Positions 9,426 through 20,268 of a stretch of 64,000 bases of DNA are shown here, in pieces. The DNA lies in contig CAVEMS010000005.1 in assembly GCA_963616935.1 (NCBI GenBank), positions 50,110 through 114,109 on the forward strand, in the 5' to 3' direction. Below the pieces are notes generated by a model. It did no database searches. It was not told the DNA's origin and was given only the letters and a program-made list of their open reading frames with translations. The position numbers and the translations under genes were made by a program. The DNA is from a bacterium. Lineage in GTDB: Bacteria; Bacillota_I; Bacilli_A; RFN20; CAG-826. Numbering within the stretch: the first letter of the stretch is position 1; every line of letters starts with the position of its first letter.

Positions 9426-9842
9426 CTAGCCTCTTGGGCGTTTCGGCGGACGGCAGCCGTTATGTGGAATCGGCGTTGTGTCGGTGATCGATAGGACTTG
9501 AAGTCCGACATTGGCGAGGGCGCGGACGGCGCTTTCGCGACCTGGGCCTGGGCCTTTGACATCGACGTCGACTTGACGGAGCCCTTGATCATAGGCGGAT
9601 TTACCAGCCGCTTCAGAAGCGAGCTGAGCCGCAAATGGGGTTGATTTCTTGGCACCTTTGTAACCGAGGGCACCGGCGCTGCTCCAGGCGATGACATTGC
9701 CTTGTTGGTCGGTGATGGTGACGATGGTGTTGTTAAACGAGCTATGAATGTGAGCGACGCCGTGGGTGAAATTGCGCTTGATTTTCTTCTTACGCGCACT
9801 GGTCGCTTTTTTGCCTTTACCGGCATTCTTCGTATCAGCCAT
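9426..9842 (-). CDS. rpsK: 30S ribosomal protein S11
   Basis: Matches [21 protein letters not shown] and ends in the typical CRPPKRRR-like tail. Confidence 0.92.
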   Translation of the reverse strand: MADTKNAGKGKKATSARKKKIKRNFTHGVAHIHSSFNNTIVTITDQQGNVIAWSSAGALGYKGAKKSTPFAAQLASEAAGKSAYDQGLRQVDVDVKGPGPGRESAVRALANVGLQVLSITDTTPIPHNGCRPPKRPRG

Positions 9843-9863
9843 TGTGAATTAGCCTCCTTTTCT

Positions 9864-10241
9864 CTAGCCTTTGGTGGCTTCTTTCTTGTTGGCGATGGTC
9901 TTACGCTTACCTTTGCGGGTACGAGCGTTGGTCTTGGTGCGTTGTCCACGAACCGGAAGACCTCTCTTGTGACGGAGGCCTCTATAGCAACCAATTTCCG
10001 TAAGACGCTTGATGTTCATCGCGATTTCACGACGAAGGTCGCCTTCAGTCTTGTACTTGGCGACTTCAGCGCGCAAAGCGACGAGTTGATCATCGGTCAA
10101 ATTCTTGACGCGGATGTCTTCGCTCACGCCAGCGGCTGCACAAATTTTCTTAGCGGTCGTATCGCCGATACCATAAATGTAGGTAAGGGAGATGACGACG
10201 CGTTTTTCGGATGGGATATCCACCCCTGCTAAACGTGCCAT
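9864..10241 (-). CDS. rpsM: 30S ribosomal protein S13
   Basis: Starts with [24 protein letters not shown], the canonical S13 N-terminus. Confidence 0.92.
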   Translation of the reverse strand: MARLAGVDIPSEKRVVISLTYIYGIGDTTAKKICAAAGVSEDIRVKNLTDDQLVALRAEVAKYKTEGDLRREIAMNIKRLTEIGCYRGLRHKRGLPVRGQRTKTNARTRKGKRKTIANKKEATKG

Positions 10242-10260
10242 ATTCTTCTTTTCTCCTTAA

Positions 10261-10374
10261 TTAACCTTGTCTCTGCTTATGCTTCGGATTGGAGCAAATG
10301 CACATAACGACGCCATGGCGGCGGATGATTTTGCATTTATCGCAGATAGGTTTGACGCTTGGTCTGACTTTCAT
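10261..10374 (-). CDS. rpmJ: 50S ribosomal protein L36 (zinc form)
   Basis: Hand translation gives [37 protein letters not shown] (37 aa). Too short for the ORF track. Canonical position between infA and rpsM. Confidence 0.9.
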   Translation of the reverse strand: MKVRPSVKPICDKCKIIRRHGVVMCICSNPKHKQRQG

Positions 10375-10408
10375 AACGTTTTTCCTCTCTTTTTGGAATC
10401 GTGTGTTC

Positions 10409-10630
10409 CTAGTTCTTGTAACGGAAGGTGATACGCCCGCGTGTTAAATCGTAAGGCGAGAATTGGACAGTGACTCGATCGCCGGGGAGAATGCGGATGT
10501 AATGCATCCGGATTTTGCCCGAAACGCAGGCTAGAACCACTGCTCCATTTGCTAGTTTGACCTTAAACATGGCATTGGGTAAGTTCTCCAATACCGTGGC
10601 CTCAACTTCAATGCAATCTTCTTTACTCAA
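10409..10630 (-). CDS. infA: Translation initiation factor IF-1
   Basis: 73 aa with an S1-like fold; sequence ..[41 protein letters not shown]. Confidence 0.92.
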   Translation of the reverse strand: MSKEDCIEVEATVLENLPNAMFKVKLANGAVVLACVSGKIRMHYIRILPGDRVTVQFSPYDLTRGRITFRYKN

Positions 10631-10646
10631 AGAATGTCCTCCTCGT

Positions 10647-11399
10647 CTAGTGACTTTTGGTTAACAGCTCATAGCCGTCACCAGTCACCAACACCGTGTT
10701 TTCGTAATGGGCGCTTGGCAAGCCGTCTTTGCTCACGGCCGTCCATCCATCCTTAAGGATCCGCAATTTGTTCTTCCCCATCATAACCATTGGTTCGATG
10801 GCGATAGTCATTCCAGATCTTAGAACGGGCCCAGTCCCCTCTACCCCATAGCATGGGATATAAGGATCTTCATGCATCTCGCGCCCGATGCCATGCCCTG
10901 TGTAATCTCGCGGGACCGAATATCCGTTTGCTTCGGCCGTCGCTTGAATCGCATGCTCGACATCGCCTAGATAGGCGCCGTCACGAACTTTCGACACTGC
11001 ATTCCAGAAGCATTCCTCAGTGACTCTTATGAGTTTGAGTCTGTCTTCTTTGCAGATCCCCACAGGATAGGTCCTGCAGGCATCGCCGTGATAGCCATTC
11101 AATTTGACAACCACGTCGAGGGAAATGATGTCCCCATCGGTAAGGATGCGCTTATCGGATGGGATCCCATGAACAAGCACCTCGTTAACGGAGGTGCAAA
11201 TCGCTCCCGGGAATCCGCCATACCCTTTGCTAGCGGCCTCCCCACCCTCATCGATTATGACTTTCTCAGCCATTTCCGAGAGATAGAGAGTGCTCACGCC
11301 AGGTTTGACGAGAGGACCCACGACATCGAAGACCTTAGCTGTCAGAGCGCCGGCCTTCCGCATGAGCTCAATCTCGCGCGGAGACTTGATGATGATCAT
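10647..11399 (-). CDS. map: Methionine aminopeptidase, type I
   Basis: 250 aa. Metal-ligand context in HGIPS..D..D..V.L.GYHGD..RT and GHGIG..HE. Confidence 0.9.
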   Translation of the reverse strand: MIIIKSPREIELMRKAGALTAKVFDVVGPLVKPGVSTLYLSEMAEKVIIDEGGEAASKGYGGFPGAICTSVNEVLVHGIPSDKRILTDGDIISLDVVVKLNGYHGDACRTYPVGICKEDRLKLIRVTEECFWNAVSKVRDGAYLGDVEHAIQATAEANGYSVPRDYTGHGIGREMHEDPYIPCYGVEGTGPVLRSGMTIAIEPMVMMGKNKLRILKDGWTAVSKDGLPSAHYENTVLVTGDGYELLTKSH

Positions 11400-12049
11400 C
11401 TATTGGCCTCTAAAAGAGCGGTTAGATCTTTTTTGAGGTCACCGGCTTCGACGGAACCGTCGAATTCGGAGAGAAGCCCTTTCTCCTTGTAATAATCGAG
11501 GAGAGGAGCTGTGCTCTTATAGTAATTGGCAAGGCGGACTTTGAAGCTTTCTTCATTGTCGTCCTTGCGCTGGATAAGAGAAGAGTCGCAAACGTCACAT
11601 ACTCCCTCTTTCTTCGGTTTCATGCTGTTGACGTTATAGCTTGCACCGCATTTCGGGCAAACGCGACGTCCAGCAATCCTTTCGATCAATAACGCATCAG
11701 GTGCGGCGATATTGACGACGAGATTCACTTCGCGGCCGATTTCCTTGGAAAGATCGTCCCAGGCTTTGGCTTGGGGGATGGTTCTTGGGAAGCCGTCGAG
11801 AAGGTAACCATTCGCGCAATCAGGGCGAGATAATCTCTCCTTGACGAGGGCGCAAGTGAGTTCATCGCTAACGAGGTCGCCACGGTTGATGACGTCTTTG
11901 ATGGTGTTGCCAAGCTCCGATCCGCTCGACATGGCTTCTCTAAACATATCACCAGTCGAGATGTGCGGGATAGCGAAGTCCTTGGCTATCCATTGGGCGT
12001 GGGTGCCTTTGCCGGCACCCGGAGGACCCATTAGAATTATATTAAGCAT
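11396..12049 (-). CDS. adk: Adenylate kinase (zinc-lid form)
   Basis: P-loop GPPGAGKGT. The lid carries CPKCG...CDVC. Confidence 0.92.
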   Translation of the reverse strand: MLNIILMGPPGAGKGTHAQWIAKDFAIPHISTGDMFREAMSSGSELGNTIKDVINRGDLVSDELTCALVKERLSRPDCANGYLLDGFPRTIPQAKAWDDLSKEIGREVNLVVNIAAPDALLIERIAGRRVCPKCGASYNVNSMKPKKEGVCDVCDSSLIQRKDDNEESFKVRLANYYKSTAPLLDYYKEKGLLSEFDGSVEAGDLKKDLTALLEANR

Positions 12050-12050
12050 A

Positions 12051-13409
12051 TTACGCCGTCTCCTTTATCTGATCGAAGGACTTGCCAGCGAGCAAGCCAT
12101 CGATTTGCGCGTTGATTTCAAGCGCGACGCCGACGATGATGATGAGCCCTGTGCCGCCGATGGCGAGCGAGGAGTCATTTCCGAAGGCGTTGGCCCAAAC
12201 TAGAACGATCGGAAGCGCGGCGATTAGCGATAAGGCGATGGCACCGATGAAGGTGACGCGGTTAAGCACTTTCGTCACATAGCGTTCCGTCTCTTTTCCC
12301 GGGCGGATGCCAGGGATATAAGAGCCGTTCTTTTGGAAGTTGTCGGCGAGCTGCTCTGGATCGATTTGCATTTGAGCATAGAAGAAGCAGAAGGCGATGA
12401 TGAGGGCTAAATAGATGAATAAGCCCCAATTCATCTTCCAATGCGTTCCATCGAACCAAGGCATTAAGAAGGTGTCGTTGTAATTGAATATCTTCAACCA
12501 TTCGGCGTTGGCGGCATCGCTTGAGATGAAGCTAGCGATGATGCTTGGAGCACTTAGGATGCTTGAAGCGAAGATGACTGGAATAACACCGGCGCTGTTG
12601 ATCTTGATTGGCAAGAAGCTAGCGCGGGCCATGGAGGCATTGCTGCCACCCTTCCCTGCGTGTTGTACCGGTATCTTACGTTTGGAAAGTTCAACGAAGA
12701 CGACGAAGGCGGTGATGAGAACCATCGCCAAGATGTATAGCGCGAATTGGAAGGCACCTTGAATCATTTCGCTCGAACCCCTGGTCACATTCAACGTGAT
12801 CCATTTGTTCCAAGCGGTCGTGATCTGGGTCGGAAGGCTACGAACGCAACCGGCGAAGATGATGACTGAGATACCGTTTCCAATGCCTTTCTCGGTGATT
12901 TGGTCGCCTAGCCACATCGTAAGCATGGCGCCGGCGAGAAGAATCGTGACGATATAGGCATACGTCCAGAAATTATCGGCCATTGAAAGAGAGATATAGC
13001 TTTGGTTCTGCATCGTTTTGATGATGCCATAACCTTGGACTGCACCAAGAAGAAGGGTGAGATAGCGGGTCGCCATCTCTTTCTTCTTACGGCCATATTC
13101 GCCCTGCTTGCTGAGCTCAGTTAGCGCAGGAAGCACGTCTTTCGACAACAATTGGATAATAATCTGCGAAGTAATATAAGGTGAGACGCCAAGGGCGAAG
13201 ATACTGAAGTTCGAGAGAGCGCCGCCCCCCAACAAATCCATGATAGCGAGGGAATTCCCGCTGTTCATGATGTTGGTGAGCTCTTCGCTGACTTGAATGC
13301 CAGGTACCGTAATGGCCGCCCCGATCCGGATGACGAAGAGAATCATGACCGTGAAGAAAATACGGTTGACGATTTCTTTGTTTTTGAAGATCGAGACGAA
13401 TTTTTTCAT
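12051..13409 (-). CDS. secY: Preprotein translocase subunit SecY
   Basis: 452-aa, 10-TM protein with SecY-typical segments (LGVSPYITSQIIIQLL). Operon position between rplO and adk. Confidence 0.92.
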   Translation of the reverse strand: MKKFVSIFKNKEIVNRIFFTVMILFVIRIGAAITVPGIQVSEELTNIMNSGNSLAIMDLLGGGALSNFSIFALGVSPYITSQIIIQLLSKDVLPALTELSKQGEYGRKKKEMATRYLTLLLGAVQGYGIIKTMQNQSYISLSMADNFWTYAYIVTILLAGAMLTMWLGDQITEKGIGNGISVIIFAGCVRSLPTQITTAWNKWITLNVTRGSSEMIQGAFQFALYILAMVLITAFVVFVELSKRKIPVQHAGKGGSNASMARASFLPIKINSAGVIPVIFASSILSAPSIIASFISSDAANAEWLKIFNYNDTFLMPWFDGTHWKMNWGLFIYLALIIAFCFFYAQMQIDPEQLADNFQKNGSYIPGIRPGKETERYVTKVLNRVTFIGAIALSLIAALPIVLVWANAFGNDSSLAIGGTGLIIIVGVALEINAQIDGLLAGKSFDQIKETA

Positions 13410-13855
13410 TACTTAAGGACCTCGGTGACTCCGCCTTTCTCTTCGATCGCCGCTTTTGCGGAAGCGGAGAAGGCGTTGGCTTTGACGGTAAGCTTTTTGG
13501 TTAGCTTGCCATTACCAAGGATTTTAACCCCTGGAGCGTTCTTTTTCACTAATCCCTTTTCGATGAGGGCATTGGTGTCGACGACGGCGCCGTCTTCAAA
13601 GGCCTCTAAGGAAGCCAATTTGACGATGGCAAATTCGACACGGGCGTTGTTTTTGAAGCCATATTTCGGAAGACGTCTTGCGAGAGGCATTTGGCCGCCT
13701 TCGAAGCCGTGTTTCTTAGTATGGGCGTGGGCGCCTTGGCCTTTTTGGCCTCTGCCAGCGGTCTTGCCGTTGCCAGATCCTAAGCCTTGGCCTTTGCGGA
13801 AGTGCTTCTTTTTGGAGCCTTCGACGACGACGATGGTATTAAGATTGGTAGCCAT
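13409..13855 (-). CDS. rplO: 50S ribosomal protein L15
   Basis: 148 aa with the G/R/K-rich N-terminus ([15 protein letters not shown]) typical of L15. Confidence 0.9.
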   Translation of the reverse strand: MATNLNTIVVVEGSKKKHFRKGQGLGSGNGKTAGRGQKGQGAHAHTKKHGFEGGQMPLARRLPKYGFKNNARVEFAIVKLASLEAFEDGAVVDTNALIEKGLVKKNAPGVKILGNGKLTKKLTVKANAFSASAKAAIEEKGGVTEVLK

Positions 13856-13857
13856 GA

Positions 13858-14574
13858 TTAGTTAGCCTCCTTCTTTTCGGACGCCTCTTTGGCTTTCGGA
13901 GCCGGTTTGACTTCCTCTGGGGTCTTTAAGCCACGGAGAACCATAACCTTTCCGTATTCCTTGAGGCTCGATAGAGCGGCGTGGGTCGCGTTGATGACGT
14001 TGACGGCAGTGCGCGAGCCATAAACCTTGGAATAGACGTTCTTGATGCCGGCAAGTTCAAGGATGGCACGGACGGCGCCACCGGCGACGATACCAGTGCC
14101 TTGCGGAGCTGGCTTCAAAAAGACGGTGGTCGAGGTGAAGTGGCCTTCGACTTGATGGGCGATCGTTCCACCCTTTGCGATATGGATGGAATGAAGGTCT
14201 TTCTTGGCGGCCGTCAAGGATTTCTTGATGGCATCAGGCACTTCGCCCGATTTGCGCATGGCGAACCCATATTGTCCTTTGCCATCGCCAACGACGACGA
14301 GGGCAGCGAAACGCATATGCTTTCCGCCTTTTTCAACACGGGTGACCTTGTTGATGTTAACGACGCGATCTTGGAAATCGTCGGCTTCACGACGGAATCC
14401 ACCACGTCCACCGCGTCTTTCGCCTGGACGTCCCTTGCGATCGCCGTATTTGCGGGATCCTGGGCGTTCGGCATAGCGAGAACCATGAGGCTCATAACCG
14501 GGGTTGCCGGTCGCTTTCTTTTCCGTGGGTTGATTATTGGCGGCACTAACCGCAACTTCTTTATTTTCTTCCAT
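13858..14574 (-). CDS. rpsE: 30S ribosomal protein S5 with long N-terminal extension
   Basis: The S5 core runs from about residue 67 ([31 protein letters not shown]). It is preceded by a roughly 55-65 aa R/G/P-rich extension. 238 aa in total. Confidence 0.9.
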   Translation of the reverse strand: MEENKEVAVSAANNQPTEKKATGNPGYEPHGSRYAERPGSRKYGDRKGRPGERRGGRGGFRREADDFQDRVVNINKVTRVEKGGKHMRFAALVVVGDGKGQYGFAMRKSGEVPDAIKKSLTAAKKDLHSIHIAKGGTIAHQVEGHFTSTTVFLKPAPQGTGIVAGGAVRAILELAGIKNVYSKVYGSRTAVNVINATHAALSSLKEYGKVMVLRGLKTPEEVKPAPKAKEASEKKEAN

Positions 14575-14584
14575 GGGGTTCTCC

Positions 14585-14941
14585 TTAGAAAACTAAGCCT
14601 CCTTTGCGAGCGCCATCCGCTAAAGCGGCGACGCGGCCGTGGTATTGATAACCACCGCGATCGAAGACGACTTCGCTGATGCCGGCCTTCTTGGCTTTTT
14701 CGGCCAAGGCTTCTCCGACTTTGGTAGCAGCTTCGATGTTGCCACCATTCTTGAGTTTGAGCTGGACGCTCGAAGCGGACACTAAGGTATTGCCCTTGGT
14801 ATCATCGATGATTTGGGCTTCGATGTGCTTGTTGCTACGGAAGACGACCAAACGTGGGCGGAGGGCGGTTCCCAAGACTTTGTTACGGACTCTCGCGTGA
14901 CGACGGTCACGAACGAGGCGACGAGACTCTTTTTGAATCAT
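14585..14941 (-). CDS. rplR: 50S ribosomal protein L18
   Basis: 118 aa. R-rich N-terminus and the [20 protein letters not shown] motif. Confidence 0.92.
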   Translation of the reverse strand: MIQKESRRLVRDRRHARVRNKVLGTALRPRLVVFRSNKHIEAQIIDDTKGNTLVSASSVQLKLKNGGNIEAATKVGEALAEKAKKAGISEVVFDRGGYQYHGRVAALADGARKGGLVF

Positions 14942-14955
14942 ATCTTAAGCTCTCC

Positions 14956-15534
14956 TTATTTCTTGCCGGAACCCGCCGAAGCGCGCTTGCCGACTTTCTT
15001 GATGAGGAATTGTCCAACGTAGTGGACACCCTTTTGGCCGTAGACATCTGGACGATGCTTGTCATAGATATACGCGGCAGTTTGTCCGACGTCATGCTTA
15101 TCGCAGCCGCTGACTGTGATATGGGTTTCGTCTGGGCAAGTGATCTTCGTGTATTTGCCGACTGGCTCAACGACGACTTCGTGGCTATAGCCAAGGAACA
15201 TCGTGACGGCCGTGCCTTTGATGCTGGCACGATAACCGGTACCATTGATTTCGAGTTCTTTCTTCCAACCTTTGGTGACACCGACGACGGCATTGTTGAT
15301 GTTCGCGGCAGTCGTGCCGTGATTTTCGCTTCCTTGACGGGACTTGCCCGCTTCCTCGGCCGCTCCAGCGATTGGAGCAACATGGAGGTGACCGTCTTTC
15401 TCAGAGACGCTGACGTCCGAAGGAATGTGGACGCTTACTTCGCCTAAGGGACCTTTGACGATCATGACGCCATTATCGATTGAATAAGTGACGCCTTCTG
15501 GAAGAGATATGGGTTTAAATCCAATTCGAGACAT
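14956..15534 (-). CDS. rplF: 50S ribosomal protein L6
   Basis: MSRIGFKPISLPEGV is the canonical L6 start. The ATG at 15534 follows an AAAGGAG RBS; the track ORF extends 9 codons further upstream. Confidence 0.9.
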   Translation of the reverse strand: MSRIGFKPISLPEGVTYSIDNGVMIVKGPLGEVSVHIPSDVSVSEKDGHLHVAPIAGAAEEAGKSRQGSENHGTTAANINNAVVGVTKGWKKELEINGTGYRASIKGTAVTMFLGYSHEVVVEPVGKYTKITCPDETHITVSGCDKHDVGQTAAYIYDKHRPDVYGQKGVHYVGQFLIKKVGKRASAGSGKK

Positions 15535-15554
15535 TTTTTCTCTTCTCCTTTTAA

Positions 15555-15950
15555 TTACCAAACGTAGCAGATGACTTCGCCGCCGATGCCAGCCTTGCGG
15601 GCTTCGCTATCGGTTAGAAGGCCTTTGCTAGTGCTGATGATGGCAATGCCAAGACCTTTGAGCACGCGTGGGAGCTTTTGGCATTCCACGGTGACACGGA
15701 GGCCTGGTTTGCTGATGCGCTTGAGACCAGAGATGACACGTTCGCCATCTGGGCCATATTTAAGCGCGACGTTGAGAGTTTTGTTGGCACCGCTTCCTTC
15801 GGCTCCGAAGTCGAGGATATATCCTTCTTTCTTAAGGATCTTAGCGATGGCAGCCTTCATTTTGCTATAAGGCATGGAGACTTGCTCATAACGGAGGGCA
15901 TTCGCATTGCGGATGCGGGTGAGCATATCGGCGATAGGATCGATATTCAT
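15555..15950 (-). CDS. rpsH: 30S ribosomal protein S8
   Basis: Starts with [13 protein letters not shown]; 131 aa. Confidence 0.92.
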   Translation of the reverse strand: MNIDPIADMLTRIRNANALRYEQVSMPYSKMKAAIAKILKKEGYILDFGAEGSGANKTLNVALKYGPDGERVISGLKRISKPGLRVTVECQKLPRVLKGLGIAIISTSKGLLTDSEARKAGIGGEVICYVW

Positions 15951-15971
15951 TTTCTTTTTCTCCTTTCCTTA

Positions 15972-16157
15972 TTACCAAGAGGCTTTCTTCATGCCTGGGA
16001 TTTCGCCTTTGTAGGCCATTTCACGAAGGCAGATACGGCAGAGACCGAATTTACGGAGGACGCCGTGAGGACGACCGCAGCGTTGGCAGCGCGTATAAGC
16101 GCGGGTGCTGAATTTTTGCGGACGGCTCGCTTTGATTATCAAACTTTTCTTAGCCAT
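15972..16157 (-). CDS. rpsZ: 30S ribosomal protein S14, type Z (zinc form)
   Basis: 61 aa with CQRCGR...CRIC. Confidence 0.92.
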   Translation of the reverse strand: MAKKSLIIKASRPQKFSTRAYTRCQRCGRPHGVLRKFGLCRICLREMAYKGEIPGMKKASW

Positions 16158-16162
16158 TCTTC

Positions 16163-16849
16163 TTACCTCCTGAAGGGCATTCCCATCAATGTGAGAAGCT
16201 CAAGGCATTCTTCGTCGGTATTGGCGGTCGTGACGATGACGACGTCCATACCGCGGATCTTCGAGATCTTATCATAGTCGATTTCTGGGAAGATCAATTG
16301 CTCTTTGACGCCCAAGGTGTAGTTGCCATGGCCGTCGAAGGCGTTTTTGGAAACGCCGCGGAAGTCACGGACGCGTGGGAGAGCGATGCTCACGAGCTTG
16401 TCATAGAACTCGTACATGCGGGTGCCACGGAGAGTGACTTTGCAACCGATGGCCTGTCCTTCACGAAGTTTGAAGGTCGCGATGGATTTCTTGGCCTTGG
16501 TCACGACTGGATGCTGGCCGGTGATGGTAGCGAGTTCATTCACGCTATCCTCAAGGGCTTTGGCGTTTTGAGTGGCATCACCAACACCGATGTTGATGAC
16601 GATCTTCTCGAAGCGAGGCGCTTGCATCGGAGTGGTGTATCCAAACTTCTTGACGAGAGCTGGGATAACCTCTTCCTTGTATTTCTTCGCAAGGCGGTTC
16701 GCGTAGACTTTTTCTTTTTTGACTTCCGCTTTAACTTCGGTCTTTGGCTCAGCTTTGGTAGCTGGCTTAGCGGCCTTTGGAGCGGCGGTCTTCTTGCTCG
16801 AGGCGGCTTTCGGGGCGGCCTTGGCAGTAGCTTTCTTAGTTTCAGCCAT
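16163..16849 (-). CDS. rplE: 50S ribosomal protein L5 with Lys/Ala-rich N-terminal extension
   Basis: The L5 core starts at about residue 50 ([15 protein letters not shown]..). The first roughly 47 aa are A/K/P/T low complexity. 228 aa in total. Confidence 0.9.
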   Translation of the reverse strand: MAETKKATAKAAPKAASSKKTAAPKAAKPATKAEPKTEVKAEVKKEKVYANRLAKKYKEEVIPALVKKFGYTTPMQAPRFEKIVINIGVGDATQNAKALEDSVNELATITGQHPVVTKAKKSIATFKLREGQAIGCKVTLRGTRMYEFYDKLVSIALPRVRDFRGVSKNAFDGHGNYTLGVKEQLIFPEIDYDKISKIRGMDVVIVTTANTDEECLELLTLMGMPFRR

Positions 16850-16863
16850 TTCTCATTCCTCCC

Positions 16864-17175
16864 TTATTTCTTCTCGAGCGATTCGCCGGATTTCCCGACG
16901 CGAATCTTCTTTCCGTCGACCACTTTGTGATGGACACGGGTGGCCTTTTTGGTTTTCGGATCGATTAATGCGACCTTGGAGGCATCGATTGGGACATAGA
17001 TATCGAGAATCGATCCTTCTGGGGTAGCTTGTGTCGGCTTCTTATGCTTCTTATGGACATTGACGCCCTCAACAACGACTTTGTTGAGCTTCGGATAGAC
17101 GCGTTGGACGAGCCCTTCCTTGCCTTTATCGTCGCCTGAGAGGACGATCACCTTATCACCTTTTTTGATATTCAT
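16864..17175 (-). CDS. rplX: 50S ribosomal protein L24
   Basis: Contains the KOW motif region IKKGDKVIVLSGDDKGKEG. Confidence 0.92.
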   Translation of the reverse strand: MNIKKGDKVIVLSGDDKGKEGLVQRVYPKLNKVVVEGVNVHKKHKKPTQATPEGSILDIYVPIDASKVALIDPKTKKATRVHHKVVDGKKIRVGKSGESLEKK

Positions 17176-17189
17176 AGTGATCTTTCTCC

Positions 17190-17558
17190 TTATAGAACTT
17201 CCATGGCCAAAGAAATGATTTTCATATAGCCTTTGTCGCGGAGCTCACGGGCAACCGGTCCGAAGACACGTGTTCCGAGTGGGTTTCCTTCTCCATCAAC
17301 GAGGACAACGGCGTTGTCATCGAAGCAGATTGACGAGCCGTCTTTGCGGATGACAGAGCGCTTGACTCTGACGATGACGCCTTTGACGACTTGTCCTTTT
17401 TTGATTTTGCCATTTGGCGTGGCCGCTTTGACGGCGCACATGACGATGTCACCGAGGGTGGAGACTTTCTTGCGGTCGCCGCCGAATTGGCGGAAGACTC
17501 TGACAAGACGGGCACCGCTGTTATCGGCAACAACGAGGTTTGTTTCGTTTTGTACCAT
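17190..17558 (-). CDS. rplN: 50S ribosomal protein L14
   Basis: 122 aa. [17 protein letters not shown] is the canonical L14 N-terminus. Confidence 0.93.
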   Translation of the reverse strand: MVQNETNLVVADNSGARLVRVFRQFGGDRKKVSTLGDIVMCAVKAATPNGKIKKGQVVKGVIVRVKRSVIRKDGSSICFDDNAVVLVDGEGNPLGTRVFGPVARELRDKGYMKIISLAMEVL

Positions 17559-17563
17559 AGGTC

Positions 17564-17917
17564 CTACTCCTTAGAGGCCGCTTCGTCTTCTTTGGCGGAG
17601 ACGATTTCGGCACTGCCTTCTTGCGCTTCGAGAGTGGCTTCCACTTCCTCAGCTTTCTTCTCGGCGATGGCTTTCTTGTCGATGCTAACTAAGCGCCAAC
17701 GCTTGAGTTTGCTGATCGGACGGCAAGACATGATGGAAACGGTGTCGCCAAGCTTGGCTTCGTTGTTCTCATCGTGGGCGTAATATTTCTTGCTGTAGCC
17801 AACACGTTTTGCATAAAGGGGATCGTTTCTTTTGGTCGAGACGGTGACGATGATGGTTTTGTTCATCTTCGTTCCAGTCACGATTCCCTGGAATGTAGGT
17901 CTTGTATTGCGTTCCAT
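17564..17917 (-). CDS. rpsQ: 30S ribosomal protein S17 with acidic C-terminal tail
   Basis: The S17 core ([28 protein letters not shown]) is followed by a roughly 34-aa E/A/K-rich tail. Confidence 0.9.
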   Translation of the reverse strand: MERNTRPTFQGIVTGTKMNKTIIVTVSTKRNDPLYAKRVGYSKKYYAHDENNEAKLGDTVSIMSCRPISKLKRWRLVSIDKKAIAEKKAEEVEATLEAQEGSAEIVSAKEDEAASKE

Positions 17918-17934
17918 TTTTGATCTCCTTTCTC

Positions 17935-18147
17935 CTATTTGGCGGCTCCGACGTTGATTTGGAGCTCACGCTCACGCTTCACCGTCTCGGCTTTGGCGAT
18001 ATCCTTGCGAACATAGGTGATTTCGTCAGGATGTTCGAGAGCTCCTACCGCTCTTTTGCGGGAGAGCTCGAATTTGCGTTGACGGAGAGCAGCGAGCTTT
18101 TCGTCAAGTTCTTTCGGGGTCAATGCCCTGAATTCTTTGATATCCAT
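17935..18147 (-). CDS. rpmC: 50S ribosomal protein L29
   Basis: 70 aa, helical ([21 protein letters not shown]). Operon position between rplP and rpsQ. Confidence 0.9.
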   Translation of the reverse strand: MDIKEFRALTPKELDEKLAALRQRKFELSRKRAVGALEHPDEITYVRKDIAKAETVKRERELQINVGAAK

Positions 18148-18152
18148 AGGTT

Positions 18153-18707
18153 CTATTCCCCTTTCTTATCAGCATCAGCTGGGGTATCGTTGCCAGTGTC
18201 AGACACGGTTTCGATAACCTTCGCATCCTCTTCTTCAATGGCTTCGAGGCTGGAAGAGTGTTGTTCTTCCATCTTGAGTTTCTCATCTTCCGTCAAGGTT
18301 TTGGTGCGCTTGACGACTTTGGTGAGGATCGGGAGCTTGAATCCGGCTTGATGGAGAGCGTGTATCGCAACTTTCTCATCGATGCCACCGATTTCGAAGA
18401 TCACACGACCTTTCTTGACGACTGCGACCCATCCTTCCGGTGAGCCTTTGCCGCTTCCCATACGAACCTCAGCCGGCTTTTTGGTTTTGGCTAAGTGCGG
18501 GAAGATGCGGATCCAGATTTTGCCTAAGCGGTCGGTGTAACGAGCCAAGACAATACGGGCGCTTTCGATTTGGTGGTCGTTGATGTAACCACCCTCGAGG
18601 GCAACCAAGCCATATTCACCGAAGTCAACGTTGTTTCCTTTGGTGGCTTTTCCCTCGTACTTGAGTCCATGCGGACGGCGATACTTAACGCGTTTTGGTT
18701 GCAGCAT
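18153..18707 (-). CDS. rplP: 50S ribosomal protein L16 with acidic C-terminal tail
   Basis: [11 protein letters not shown] is the canonical L16 start, at the ATG at 18707 behind a GGAGG RBS. The track ORF start at 18806 lies inside rpsC. A roughly 50-aa D/E-rich tail follows the core. Confidence 0.9.
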   Translation of the reverse strand: MLQPKRVKYRRPHGLKYEGKATKGNNVDFGEYGLVALEGGYINDHQIESARIVLARYTDRLGKIWIRIFPHLAKTKKPAEVRMGSGKGSPEGWVAVVKKGRVIFEIGGIDEKVAIHALHQAGFKLPILTKVVKRTKTLTEDEKLKMEEQHSSSLEAIEEEDAKVIETVSDTGNDTPADADKKGE

Positions 18708-19398
18708 TGTTTGCGCCTCCTTGTGCTTTATCGGAAGTCTTTGCGGCTTCTTGCTTTTCTTTATGGGCACCGCGGCAGCACCAGACTTTGATGCCGATGC
18801 GGCCATAGCTCGTGGCGGCGGCTACCGACGCGAAGTCGATATCGGCGCGGAGCGTCTCTAGTGGTACGACACCCTCTTTGTAACCTTCACGACGGGCAAT
18901 TTCAGCTCCGCCGAGACGTCCTTGGCATTGCGTACGGCAGCCAAGGGCTCCCGCTTTACGCATACGTTGGATGGCTTTCTTTTGGGTGGTTCTGAAGCTT
19001 TGACGGCCCTCAAGCTCGGAAGCGATCCATTTGGCGATGAGAGTTGCGTCGACATCAGGATTCTTGGCTTCGAGAACATCGATGCGGACATCGCCCGACT
19101 TGATGATTTTCTTAAGGCCTTTGTTGATCTCGGCGATTTTGGCACCATCTTGTCCGATCACGACACCTGGGCGGGCAACATAAGCCTTGATATGGACTTT
19201 GTTGTCTTTGTCGCTCTTGGTTCTCGCGATATCGATATGGCTGACCATCGCATCTTTGAGAGCTGGTTCGAGATAGTTACGGATGGCGATATCTTCGCCT
19301 AAGAAAGTAGCATAGTCTTTTTTGGAAGCAAACCAATTGGCTTCCCAGCCGCGGTTGATACCGATACGGAGACCGACGGCGTTAACTTTTTGACCCAT
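18685..19398 (-). CDS. rpsC: 30S ribosomal protein S3
   Basis: [24 protein letters not shown] is the canonical S3 N-terminus. The gene overlaps the rplP start by 23 nt. Confidence 0.92.
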   Translation of the reverse strand: MGQKVNAVGLRIGINRGWEANWFASKKDYATFLGEDIAIRNYLEPALKDAMVSHIDIARTKSDKDNKVHIKAYVARPGVVIGQDGAKIAEINKGLKKIIKSGDVRIDVLEAKNPDVDATLIAKWIASELEGRQSFRTTQKKAIQRMRKAGALGCRTQCQGRLGGAEIARREGYKEGVVPLETLRADIDFASVAAATSYGRIGIKVWCCRGAHKEKQEAAKTSDKAQGGANNAATKTR

Positions 19399-19409
19399 TG
19401 TTTGTCCTC

Positions 19410-19946
19410 CTACTTCCTTTCCTTGACGGTCACGCTGATGTTGGCCGTTCTCTTGACGATCGACGATGAGCTTCCTTTGGCTCTCGGTATGAAGCGTTTC
19501 ATACGGATGCCGTCGCTCGCTTGAATCATCGCGACGTAGAGTTTAGAAGCATCCATCCCGAAGTTGTTGGTCGCATTGGCGGCCGCGCTCTTGATGAGCT
19601 TGGCGACTGGCTCGCTAGCGGAACGATTGACGTTCTTGAGGATCGCTAGAGCCTCATCGACGTCTTTTCCGCGGACGATATCGAGGACCAAACGGACTTT
19701 GCGTGGGGTGACGCGCACGTCTTTTGCGAAGGCATGCGCTTCGGTGACAGCCGGTTTCTCCGCTTTCGGAGCTTCCTTGGCTTTCTTCTCCTTGACCGCT
19801 TTCTTTTCGGCCTTCGGAGCTTCTTTGGTCACTTCGGCTTCTTTCTTTTCGACTTTAGCTTTGGTGGCTTTCTTCTCCGCTTTCGGAGCTGCTTCCTTCT
19901 TAGGAGCGGCTTCCTTCTTCACGGTTTTCTTTTTGGTTTCTGCCAT
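19410..19946 (-). CDS. rplV: 50S ribosomal protein L22 with Lys/Glu/Ala-rich N-terminal extension
   Basis: The L22 core starts at about residue 70 (AHAFAKDVRVTPRKVRLVLDIVRGK). It is preceded by a roughly 68-aa K/E/A/P repeat-like extension. Confidence 0.9.
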   Translation of the reverse strand: MAETKKKTVKKEAAPKKEAAPKAEKKATKAKVEKKEAEVTKEAPKAEKKAVKEKKAKEAPKAEKPAVTEAHAFAKDVRVTPRKVRLVLDIVRGKDVDEALAILKNVNRSASEPVAKLIKSAAANATNNFGMDASKLYVAMIQASDGIRMKRFIPRAKGSSSSIVKRTANISVTVKERK

Positions 19947-19957
19947 GATTGCTCTCC

Positions 19958-20251
19958 TTATTTCTTACCGGCCGCAGCTTGATCGCCAAGATTGTTGCCG
20001 TGGTGACCGGTGAAAGTGCGGGTTGGGGCGAATTCGCCGAGCTTATGACCAACCATGTCTTCAGTGACATAGACGGTGATATGCTCTTTGCCGTTATAAA
20101 CGGCGAACGTCTGCTCAACGAAGGCAGGATAGATGGTCGAGCGACGAGACCAGGTCTTGATGACCTCTTTCTTTCCTGATTTTTGGAGGGCTTCGACCTT
20201 CTTGAGAAGGTATTCATCAACGAACGGCCCTTTTTTGGAAGAACGTGACAT
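19958..20251 (-). CDS. rpsS: 30S ribosomal protein S19
   Basis: Starts [12 protein letters not shown] and contains the [13 protein letters not shown] motif. Confidence 0.93.
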   Translation of the reverse strand: MSRSSKKGPFVDEYLLKKVEALQKSGKKEVIKTWSRRSTIYPAFVEQTFAVYNGKEHITVYVTEDMVGHKLGEFAPTRTFTGHHGNNLGDQAAAGKK

Positions 20252-20268
20252 TGTTCGATCTCCTTTCC

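Noticed and set aside
8128-20220. Numerous 60-200 aa ORFs overlapping the ribosomal genes in other frames or on the opposite strand. Examples are 8128..8547, 9413..9994, 13981..14679, 14907..15383, 17222..17533, 19564..20013 and 19900..20220.
   Set aside because: They lie entirely inside strongly supported conserved genes. Their composition is low-complexity (R/S/P/A-rich), typical of shadow ORFs in GC-biased codon positions, and they lack RBSs.
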